A DNA stretch of 64,000 nt. It comes from Clostridia bacterium. GTDB taxonomy: Bacteria; Bacillota; DSM-521; Neomoorellales; JACIYF01. The position numbers and the translations under genes were made by a program. Shown one piece after another: positions 56,354 through 64,000 of this stretch. The stretch covers positions 17,717 to 81,716 of the forward strand of contig JACIYF010000002.1 of NCBI GenBank assembly GCA_014360065.1, written 5' to 3'. The notes beneath the pieces are model-generated. The model was given only the letters and a program-made list of their open reading frames with translations, was not told the origin of the DNA and searched no databases. The first letter of the stretch is position 1, and the number at the start of each line of letters is the position of its first letter.

Positions 56354-57511
56354 TTACCTTCCCTGATACATGGCCCGAAATCGTTCCAGCATCTTTCGCG
56401 GCGTCACCGTAGGCCTCTCGTAGCGAGCCAGCTCCTTCTCGATCCCGGCCAGGTACTTAGCGATGCCCTTTAGGCTTTCCAGGTCGTAGCGGGACATCAT
56501 GGTGATAGTCTCCATCTGGGGGGAGCCGCCCCCGTGCAGCCCGGCCACCTGCATCACCCCGGCCAGGTCGGAAACCAGGGAGCTGATCTGTTCCTCGGTG
56601 ATCCCTGCTTTTCTCAGGGCCGGAATGATATTCTTAAAGAGGTGGGTGGGATGCCACTCGGCTATGAGCGGAAGCGCCACCTCTGGAAGGGCAAAGGGTC
56701 GACCCAGCCAATGGGCAATGGTATCGTGGGAGATCATAATTTTGTCGCCGTAGCCAATGCCAATGAGTCCAATAATGCAGGCATACCTCTCCCTATCCAT
56801 GGGGCACCCTACTAAGCCCTGGAGGCCCATGCGGTCAAAGCCAATGTAGACACCCTGGTTAAGGACGTCCAAGTGGTAACGAATATCGGTGTTATCGCTC
56901 ATATGCCCGATCATGATGCGGCTGGGATCGGCGCCCTCGCGGAGCAAGAGGTCGGCCTGTTCCGGACCCATGGTTCCTTCCTGGGTGTGGGTGATAATGG
57001 GTACGCCGGTTTCCTTCTGGGCTTTGGCGGCCGCCCGGAAAAATGCCTTTTCGTAATCGGTGATCATCCCCTTGCTGGAGGCTAGCTTTATGACTCCTGC
57101 CCTTATCCCCGTCCTGCCAATGCCCTCGGTGATTTCCTTCACGAACATCTCGTAAATCTCGGCGATGATGTCGGCAAAGTTGCTCCGGAATTTGAAGTAG
57201 GCTGGAGCTCCTTCCTCCTCGTAGTAGAAACCAGTAGCGCAGATGATGTTGACCCCGGTCTTCTCCGAAATCTCTCGATATAGCTCGGGGTCGCGACCGG
57301 CCTCGTTGGGAGTAGCATCCACAAAGGTCTTAACCCCATAATCTTTGAGCTGTTGCATTAGCTCAATACCAGCTTTGAGCGCTGCCTGGCGGTCAGGCGG
57401 GGCCAGGGTGGCATCCCCATACCAACCGGGATAGCCAAAGACGATGTGTTCATGCATGAGAGTAATCCCTAAATCCTCTGGCGATACGGGACCTAAAACC
57501 GTATTGACCAT
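56354..57511 (-). CDS. Phosphotriesterase-related (PTE/PHP family) amidohydrolase with a C-terminal extension of about 75 aa.
   Basis: GITLMHEHIVFG, the VKTFVDATP region, and other TIM-barrel metal ligands (ITHTQ, GHMSD, ISHD). Confidence 0.8.
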   Translation of the reverse strand: MVNTVLGPVSPEDLGITLMHEHIVFGYPGWYGDATLAPPDRQAALKAGIELMQQLKDYGVKTFVDATPNEAGRDPELYREISEKTGVNIICATGFYYEEEGAPAYFKFRSNFADIIAEIYEMFVKEITEGIGRTGIRAGVIKLASSKGMITDYEKAFFRAAAKAQKETGVPIITHTQEGTMGPEQADLLLREGADPSRIMIGHMSDNTDIRYHLDVLNQGVYIGFDRMGLQGLVGCPMDRERYACIIGLIGIGYGDKIMISHDTIAHWLGRPFALPEVALPLIAEWHPTHLFKNIIPALRKAGITEEQISSLVSDLAGVMQVAGLHGGGSPQMETITMMSRYDLESLKGIAKYLAGIEKELARYERPTVTPRKMLERFRAMYQGR

Positions 57512-57630
57512 TTACTTAGCCCTCCTTTTCCCTAGAAAGAAGCTTCCGAAACGTTCCCTATGCCAGGTCGCTGCCGCCGGCTCCGGATGGCCTCGCCGGC
57601 AATCCGTATGGCTCCCCCTCGCCCTCCGGC

Positions 57631-57729
57631 GCCCAGCACTCAGCTGACTGACCCTAGCTTGGGTTCCACACTATGCGCAGCAAGCTGTTTGTGGGGGCTG
57701 CAGTCTCGCGGTTGGTTGAGTGCTGGGCG
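57631..57729. repeat. Inverted doublet of the dispersed repeat core (REPIN-like unit U3).
   Basis: GCCCAGCACTCAG at 57631-57643 and TTGAGTGCTGGGCG at 57716-57729. Confidence 0.75.
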
Positions 57730-57763
57730 ACCAATTCGACCTCCTGTCTCAAGAGGCCGGCCT

Positions 57764-57860
57764 CCCCAGCACTCAACCACAAAAAATACCATGGCCCATG
57801 GACACTCGCTTTCTGGGCAGGGTAACCCCATTACCGGGTTCATAAGTTGAGTGCTGGGTC
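57764..57860. repeat. Inverted doublet of the dispersed repeat core (REPIN-like unit U4).
   Basis: CCCCAGCACTCAACC at 57764-57778 and TTGAGTGCTGGGTC at 57847-57860. In addition, 57714-57778 forms GGTTGAGTGCTGGG-N37-CCCAGCACTCAACC. Confidence 0.75.
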
Positions 57861-58007
57861 GGGCCCGCCTCCGGACTCGGTTTTGCTAGCGTCTCGCGAG
57901 GCTCGCCCAAAGTCGCCTTGCGCCAGAGCACCCGGCATTTTCATACTTCTTTCGGGTGTACCCCTGGAAACATTCGACGTCCAGCCTGAGATACTGCGCC
58001 TTCGCGA

Positions 58008-59242
58008 CTAGCTCTTTTGGGCCGCCCGTTCCTTTTCCCGCTGCTGCAGTTCCCGCCAGAGGATCTTGCCGGCCCCGCTCTTCGGCAGAGCCTCCACCAA
58101 CTCCACCATCCGGGGGTACTTATAGGCGGCCATCTGCTGTTTGGACCAGTCGATGATCCCCTGGGCAGTCACCTTATCCTTAAACTCAGGCCGGGGAACT
58201 ATAAACGCCTTGACGTTTTCAATGCGCTCAGGGTCAGGTACACCCACCACGCAGGCTTCGGCCACGGCCGGATGCCGGTAGAGAATGGCTTCCACTTCCG
58301 CCGGCCAAACCTTGAACCCGGCGGCATTGATCATCCGCTTGGAACGGTCGATTACGTAAAAATAGCCATCCTCATCCATGCGGCAGATGTCTCCAGTGCG
58401 GAAAAAGCTTTTGCCATCGAGTTCGATGAAGGCTTCCTTGGTCTCCTCCGGCTTATTCCAGTAGCCCTTGAATACCTCGGGGCCATTTACTACCAGCTCC
58501 CCTTCTTCCCCTACTTCCAGCTCCTTAAGAGTTTCCACATCGACAATGCGGGCATCCACCCCAAAATCGGGAATGCCTATGCACTGGAGCTTGGCTCGAT
58601 CGGGGGGGTTGAAGTGAGTCTGAGAGATGGTCTCGGTAAGGCCGTAGCCCTCAATGTAATTAAGCCCGGTTACCTGGTTCAGCCTTTCGGCTACTGCCGC
58701 CGGCATAGGTGCCCCGCCCCCGCCCACCGCCACCAGCGAGCTCAGGTCACGGCTGCCAATGGTGGGAGAAGCCAAGAGGTCGATTACCATGGTGGTAATG
58801 TTGACCCAATGGCTGCAGCGGTAGTTTTCGATGGCCGCCAAGGCCGCTTCCCGATCCCAGCGAGTTAGAAGTACTATGGTTCCGCCGGCAATGATGGGAG
58901 CGTTTAGGCTATGAACCATTCCAGTTACATGAAAAAGCGGCAGGGAAGCCAAGTTCACGCTGGAGGAGGTAGCCGCGAGCCAATGATACGAACTTAAGGA
59001 ATTGGAAATGACCGTGGCTGGCAACTCTCCCATAGCTCTGCATAGGTGATGGTTTTACCATAGTAAATCACCGCCGCATGAGCCGGAAAGCGCCGGGCCG
59101 ACGCCTCCAAGAAATCAAAAAGCGGCACCTGGGGGTAAACCAAGGTCTTGGGTAAGCGGGCCGGCCAGTAAGGAAAATGGCGCTGGTTCATAAGATACTG
59201 GTTCCTCCTTTCCGGGTAACCCGGTTGGTCTTGGCCAACCAA
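58008..59242 (-). pseudogene. Long-chain acyl-CoA synthetase (AMP-binding family) remnant with an internal deletion plus a frameshift.
   Basis: The N-terminal ORF (58994..59242) ends at ...KTITYAELWES. The second ORF (58008..59033, another frame) resumes at ...LPLFHVTGMV through to the C-terminus (GDICRMDEDGYFYVIDRSKRMI, GKILWREL). The segment that should carry the YTSGTTGxPKG P-loop is missing. Confidence 0.75.
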
Positions 59243-59387
59243 CCCTACGCCCTGCCCAAGCTGCCTAGCCTTAGCCTGACCAAGGGGCTTTTATCCTAAC
59301 CGCCGGGAGTGCCGTGGCCCGGGGCGGGCTTGAGCACGGTTAGTCATAGCCGGGCATGGTTGGCGTCGATTGACACTGTCGCCATTA

Positions 59388-59403
59388 TGCAATCTGAATG
59401 CCA
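59388..59403 (-). promoter_or_regulatory. Sigma-54 (-24/-12) promoter facing the acyl-CoA synthetase remnant.
   Basis: Minus strand reads TGGCATTCAGATTGCA, i.e. GG-N10-GC with TGGCA and TTGCA blocks at exact consensus spacing. It is divergent from the sigma-54 activator gene. Confidence 0.65.
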
Positions 59404-59488
59404 ATGGCAGGATGGCAAGGCTGGGGAGACCCATCCCCTCCCAAGTGTCCCAGGATAGGACGCCCGAGTTTAAGCTGGGTGTAGGAAA

Positions 59489-60709
59489 ATGAGCCGGCCA
59501 TGGGTCAGGCTCAAAGGCATAACCGTTTGGGAAGCCAATTTGCCCGCTCGTCTAATCCTTGCCCCCACCCGCCTCACCGATAAGATGGCCAATCTCCGCA
59601 CCCGGGCCGGAACCGTTAGCTTTAGCCTCACCACCAGACCATTGGTCTCGGCCTGCGGAAGGCGAGTGGGCACGGTGCTGGTCCTCTCCGAGGCCAAGCG
59701 CCTGCATAGGTGGCTGAACGAAGCCATGGGCAGCCGGGCCAGGATTACTTTTGCCGACTTAGTTGGGGAAAGCCGCGAGTTCATTGTGGCCAGACACCTG
59801 GCCATGATGGCCAGCTGCTCGGACAGCAACATTCTGCTTACAGGTGAAACAGGAACCGGAAAGGATGCCTTGGCTCAGGCCATTCACAATGCCAGCTCCC
59901 GCAGCCAAGGTCCGTTTGTGGCCCTCAACTGCGCCGCCATCCCCCGCGAATTGATTGCCAGCGAGCTTTTCGGCTACGCCTACGGGGCCTTTACCGGGGC
60001 GCGCCGAGGCGGCTACATGGGCAAGTTCCTTTTGGCCAACGGGGGCACGCTATTCCTGGACGAAATCGGGGAAATGCCCTTAGATATGCAGGCAGCATTG
60101 CTCCGGGTGCTAGAGGATAAAGAGGTTACCCCGGTAGGAAGCACGGAGACCATCTCCCTCGACGTCCGAGTCATCGCCGCCAGCAACAAGGACTTGGCCC
60201 AGGAAGCCCGAAAGGGTAATTTTCGGTCAGACCTATATTACCGGCTAAACGTAATCATCATCCATTTGCCTCCGCTCCGGGAAAGGCGCCTGGATATTCC
60301 CCTCCTGGCCAGAGCTTTCGTGGAGAGGTTCTGCCGCCGAAACAAGAGGGCTATGGCTCAGATCAGTAGCGAAGCCATGGAAATTCTAAGTTCTTATTCC
60401 TGGCCTGGCAACATCCGCGAGCTCCAAAACGTTATCGAGCGGGCTTTAGTCTTGTGCCAGGAAGGGGAAATTGGGGTCGGCCACCTCCCGCCCCATCTCC
60501 AGCTCAGGGATAAGGTGACTGGAGCCAACAGTGCCTTCCAGTCACCACCGGAAAAGCTGCCCCTTAGATCCCTGGAAGCTGAGGCCATCCGCGCTTGCCT
60601 AGCCCGCTGCAGCGGCAACCGGGCATTGGCGGCCAGGGAGCTGGGCATCGCCCGTAGCACCCTATACCGCAAGCTCAAAGCTATGAGTAATGCCCCGACT
60701 AGGGTTTAG
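59489..60709 (+). CDS. Sigma-54-dependent transcriptional activator (AAA+ plus Fis-type HTH) with only a vestigial N-terminal sensor region.
   Basis: Walker A GETGTGKD, GAFTGA loop, Walker B LFLDEIGEM, RVIAASN, and a C-terminal HTH (ALAARELGIARSTLYRKL). Only about 90 aa precede the AAA+ core, and an in-frame TAA lies 18 nt upstream of the ATG. Confidence 0.85.
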   Translation: MSRPWVRLKGITVWEANLPARLILAPTRLTDKMANLRTRAGTVSFSLTTRPLVSACGRRVGTVLVLSEAKRLHRWLNEAMGSRARITFADLVGESREFIVARHLAMMASCSDSNILLTGETGTGKDALAQAIHNASSRSQGPFVALNCAAIPRELIASELFGYAYGAFTGARRGGYMGKFLLANGGTLFLDEIGEMPLDMQAALLRVLEDKEVTPVGSTETISLDVRVIAASNKDLAQEARKGNFRSDLYYRLNVIIIHLPPLRERRLDIPLLARAFVERFCRRNKRAMAQISSEAMEILSSYSWPGNIRELQNVIERALVLCQEGEIGVGHLPPHLQLRDKVTGANSAFQSPPEKLPLRSLEAEAIRACLARCSGNRALAARELGIARSTLYRKLKAMSNAPTRV

Positions 60710-60773
60710 GCAAAGGCCGTACCACTGCTTAGCCAGCGCGACATCCTGCCGGTAAGCAATGGGGGAAGTAAAA

Positions 60774-60799
60774 GGCTGCCCTCAATAAGCAGGGCAGCC
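60774..60799. terminator. Bidirectional intrinsic terminator between the convergent activator gene and fhs.
   Basis: GGCTGCCCT-N8-AGGGCAGCC is a 9-bp stem. T-rich tracts follow on both strands (TTAGTTTCC on plus, TTTTACTT on minus). Confidence 0.6.
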
Positions 60800-60869
60800 T
60801 TAGTTTCCTTGCCAGGCCGGGTAACTGGTAGGTGCCCAGCGGCATAAGGCTCAGCTTCAGGCTTGCGCC

Positions 60870-62573
60870 TTAGAACAGGCCCAAGGTGCGGCCGTTCTCG
60901 TCGATATCCACCTTGAAGGCGGCCGGCTGCGACGGTAGGCCCGGCATGGTCCGCATGGCACCAGCCAGCGGGTAGACAAAGCCAGCCCCTACTGAAGCCC
61001 GGATATCCCGGATGGGAAAGATGTAACCCGAGGGGACACCCTTCCAGTTGGGGTCATGGCTAATGGAGAGGTGGGTCTTGGCCATGCATACCGGTAGCTT
61101 GCCCAGGCCCATGTCCTCGAACTGCTTGATCTTCCGCTCCGCCAGCGGCTCATAACGAACCCCATCGGCGTTGTAGACCACCTTGGCCAAGGTTTCGATC
61201 TTCTCCTTGAGGGAAGCACTGTCCGGATAAGTGAACTGGAAGTTGGAAGGCTTCTCGCAGGCTTCCACCACTGCCTTGGCCAGCTCGGTGCCGCCCTCGC
61301 CGCCGTCAGCCCAAACCGTAATCGGAACTGCCGTCTCGGCTCCGGCCTCCACCGCCTTCTGGCGAATCAGCTCTACCTCAGCATCGGTATCGGCAACGAA
61401 CCGGTTCACCGATACTACCACCGGCACCCCGAAGGACTTGGCCAGCTTGACCATGTGGGCTAGGTTGACGCAGCCTTTCTCCAGGGCGGGAAGGTTCTCC
61501 TTGGTCAGCTCCTCTGGTAAAGGCTTGCCGGCCACTACCGTTCCCAGTCCGCCGTGCATCTTGAGGGCGCGCACGGTGCAGGTGATGACTACGCAGCTCG
61601 GGCGCAAACCGGACTGGCGGCATTTGATGTTCATGAACTTCTCCATGCCCAAGTCAGCGCCGAATCCGCTCTCCGTTACTACGTAGTCAGCCAGCTTGAG
61701 GGCGATTCGGTCGGCCAGCACCGAGTTATTACCATGGGCAATATTGGCAAAAGGACCGGCGTGCATGAAGCAGGCCTGTCCCTCCAGGGTCTGAATCAGG
61801 TTGGGCTTTAAGGCTTCCTTCAAAAGCACGGTCATGGCTCCCGCCGCCTTCAGGTCCTCGGCGGTAACCGGCTTGCCATCATAGCTGTAGCCAATGACAA
61901 TCCGGGCCAGGCGCTGCCGCAGATCCTTAAGGCTGGTAGCCAGGGCGAGGATGGCCATCACTTCTGAGGCTACCGTAATGTCAAATCCAGCCTCGCGGGG
62001 ATAACCGTTCTCGCGGCCGCCCAACCCAATCACTATGTTCCGCAATGCCCGGTCGCTGATGTCCACCACCCGGGGCCACATAATGGTCAAGGGGTCAATG
62101 TTGAGAGGGTTACCATGGAGGATAGAAGCATCAATCATGGCCGCCAACAGATTATGAGCCGCCCCCACGGCATGGATATCCCCGGTGAAATGCAGGTTGA
62201 GGTCTTCCATGGGCACCACTTGCGAGTAGCCGCCGCCAGCCGCTCCCCCCTTGATGCCAAACACAGGGCCCATGGACGGTTCCCGCAAGGTGCAAACTAC
62301 CTTCTTGCCAATTTTGCCTAGGCCCTGGGTCAAGCCAATGGTAGTGACGGTTTTGCCTTCACCCAAGGGGGTGGGGGTTATGGCAGTAACATCGATAAGC
62401 TTGCCGTCGGGGCGATCCTTAAAGGCCTCCAATACATCCAGGGAAACCTTAGCCTTATACTTGCCATAATAGTCCAGGTACTCTTCGTCCAACCCTATGG
62501 AAGCTGCAATTTCCTTGATGGGTATCATCTTATGAGCTTGGGCTATCTCCAGATCACTAGGAACCGTTTTCAC
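60870..62573 (-). CDS. fhs: Formate--tetrahydrofolate ligase.
   Basis: SDLEIAQ...PTPLGEGKTVTTIGL...EPSMGPVFGIKGGAAGGGY. I chose the GTG at 62573, 7 nt after GGAGGG; the track TTG at 62603 is upstream of the RBS. Confidence 0.95.
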   Translation of the reverse strand: MKTVPSDLEIAQAHKMIPIKEIAASIGLDEEYLDYYGKYKAKVSLDVLEAFKDRPDGKLIDVTAITPTPLGEGKTVTTIGLTQGLGKIGKKVVCTLREPSMGPVFGIKGGAAGGGYSQVVPMEDLNLHFTGDIHAVGAAHNLLAAMIDASILHGNPLNIDPLTIMWPRVVDISDRALRNIVIGLGGRENGYPREAGFDITVASEVMAILALATSLKDLRQRLARIVIGYSYDGKPVTAEDLKAAGAMTVLLKEALKPNLIQTLEGQACFMHAGPFANIAHGNNSVLADRIALKLADYVVTESGFGADLGMEKFMNIKCRQSGLRPSCVVITCTVRALKMHGGLGTVVAGKPLPEELTKENLPALEKGCVNLAHMVKLAKSFGVPVVVSVNRFVADTDAEVELIRQKAVEAGAETAVPITVWADGGEGGTELAKAVVEACEKPSNFQFTYPDSASLKEKIETLAKVVYNADGVRYEPLAERKIKQFEDMGLGKLPVCMAKTHLSISHDPNWKGVPSGYIFPIRDIRASVGAGFVYPLAGAMRTMPGLPSQPAAFKVDIDENGRTLGLF

Positions 62574-63113
62574 TAAACATCCCTCCACTTTTCCAGTTTG
62601 CAACCTATGGTACCGTCAGCCAGCCCATTTCACTACCAACTCCACCCTACTAGCGCTCCGGCCTAAGCTCAAGGCCTACCTTAGGCTCAAGCCCCTTATC
62701 AACCCTAAGATCCTTTCTGCCCTTCACCCCCTATTTCAACGGTTGCATGCCCACCTGCTACCGTTGGCTCGATAACTTTGTGATAATTTTCTCTATCGCT
62801 TTAAATATAAAAGTTCGCATAACTAATCATCCACGCCAACGTTAAGTGCCAGCACCCCATTTCCTGTTTGTAAACCCAACCTGCGTCGACCTACTGTCAT
62901 AGTGAGCCAGCAAGGGTGATTAACCTCAATCGCCCTGATGGAGCTTGTGGTTTGTGTTCTAACAGATTGTATTTTCTACCTAGGGTACTAATTTCCTGCT
63001 TTGGTCATAAAAAATTAACCTAACCCCAGGCAACTTTTTGGCCGGATGCTCCGTCAATATCATTGGAGGGGACAGGAGGCTAACAACAACTGACAACTAA
63101 GGTTGTGACCAAA

Positions 63114-64000
63114 ATGACCAGCTTCCTCAACCGGTGGCGTCAGATCTCCCCAAGACCATTCCTGTGGCGTTTGCTTCCCATTCTGGCCTTTTTTATCTGG
63201 ATCGGTTTCCCAACCGGATGGGAGTGGATCCTGGGAGCGCTCCGATTCGGCGCCAGCTCACCCAGTGCCCTAGCGCTGGCTTCTTTGGAGACATGGCCAG
63301 GGGAGGCTTTACCTTCGTGGCTTCCAGCGCCAAGCCCTGCTCCGCCACTAGAACCGCCAAAGCCTTCCCCACCCAAGCCTCAGCCAACTAGTAATTCGGA
63401 GCCTAAGGCCGGACCCATCCAAGACCAGGGAACCCAATCTCGTCCGGCCCCTGCGCCAATAGCCGAAGCCAGCCCCAAGCCGAGTTCCGACCCAGCCGGC
63501 CAACCCTCTCAGCCACCCAAAATGGCCGGCCTGGCCTTAGGTTCAGTTTCCCAAGCCGGTAAGAAAATTGCCCTCACCTTTGACGACGGCCCCAGTGAGG
63601 CTTGGACGGCCAAGTACCTGGAGGTGCTAAAGGAGTACCAAGCGCCAGCTACTTTCTTTCTAATCGGTAAGCACTCCCAAGCTCATCCAGAGCTGGTCCG
63701 GTTAATCGCCTCCACCGCCGTAGAGGTGCCTTGGTGCGCCGCCGCCCAACCCACGGTTGCAAGCAGTAGTCCGGCTCCAGATCAGGGCAACGCCAAGGTG
63801 CCCGGCTCCCAGATAAAAAGCCAGCGGGTGTTTATGGAAATCGGGGCCCATTCCTGGTCGCACCAGAACCTCCGCAAGGCCAGCCCTTCCGCCATAGAGG
63901 CTGAGCTCAACCAAACCTCCCAGCTGCTTGGCCGCCTGATGCAAAGGCCGGTTACCCTGTTTCGTCCCCCGGGCGGCAACTACAATCAGACCTTGATTGC
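63114..64000 (+). CDS. Polysaccharide deacetylase (NodB/CE4) family protein with an N-terminal TM segment and Pro-rich linker. The 3' end lies beyond the window.
   Basis: My own translation in the frame of ATG 63114: MTSFLNRWRQISPRPFLWRLLPILAFFIWIGF...KIALTFDDGP...ATFFLIGKH...EIGAHSWSHQNL...LFRPPGGNYN. It is not in the ORF track because it is open to the window end. Confidence 0.8.
   Translation, partial: MTSFLNRWRQISPRPFLWRLLPILAFFIWIGFPTGWEWILGALRFGASSPSALALASLETWPGEALPSWLPAPSPAPPLEPPKPSPPKPQPTSNSEPKAGPIQDQGTQSRPAPAPIAEASPKPSSDPAGQPSQPPKMAGLALGSVSQAGKKIALTFDDGPSEAWTAKYLEVLKEYQAPATFFLIGKHSQAHPELVRLIASTAVEVPWCAAAQPTVASSSPAPDQGNAKVPGSQIKSQRVFMEIGAHSWSHQNLRKASPSAIEAELNQTSQLLGRLMQRPVTLFRPPGGNYNQTLI

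Noticed and set aside
16744-57860. Repeat-core ends fit the integron attC core sites: ACTCAAC matches RYYYAAC and GTTGAGT matches GTTRRRY, and the 95-100-nt unit length is within the attC range.
   Set aside because: There is no intI integrase, no co-oriented cassette array and no promoterless cassette ORFs. The copies are scattered singly in the intergenic regions of core genes, several lack the exact core sites, and the REP/REPIN interpretation fits better.

Overview
This is a GC-rich core chromosomal segment of an endospore-forming anaerobic Firmicute (class Clostridia by gene content). Supporting genes: spoIIE, gerM, prkA/yhbH/spoVR, tilS-ftsH, formate-THF ligase and a tRNA-Sec. I can support about 60 genes, and almost all lie on the minus strand. 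They are mostly housekeeping: rdgB-rph-murI-gerM, hisC, paaK, queG, dusB-coaX, birA-bioY, panD-panC, folP-folBK, niaR, ndk, ftsH, tilS, spoIIE and metY-metX. RNA and regulatory elements read directly from the sequence are tRNA-Met(CAU), tRNA-Sec(UCA) with its own promoter, a textbook SAM-I riboswitch with terminator upstream of metY-metX, a palindromic BirA operator, a consensus-spaced sigma-54 promoter, and several sigma-A-like promoters and intrinsic terminators. Items worth a second look: (1) a seven- or eight-gene Hdr-like cluster ordered hdrC1-B1-A-hyp-C2-B2, as in sulfur-oxidiser sHdr, but with no lbpA/dsrE/tusA partners in the window; (2) a dispersed intergenic repeat family with core GCCCAGCACTCAA / TTGAGTGCTGGGC, present as about 100-nt inverted doublets (REPIN-like) and as single copies; (3) a roughly 45-nt 5'-UTR module shared by several unrelated genes, combining that core with GGAAGTAAATGTTTTTTGGAGGAGG; (4) a structured leader, a Pro/Gly-rich ORF and a terminator, divergent from terC; (5) an orphan sugar-binding-fold lipoprotein interrupted by poly-Gly tracts; (6) a corrinoid protein and MT2-like methyltransferase co-operonic with a soluble GAF histidine kinase and response regulator; (7) three decayed genes (asnB, an acyl-CoA synthetase and a HicB-like fragment). 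I see no CRISPR array, rRNA, intact transposase or prophage. All homology calls come from motif recognition by eye, not database searches.
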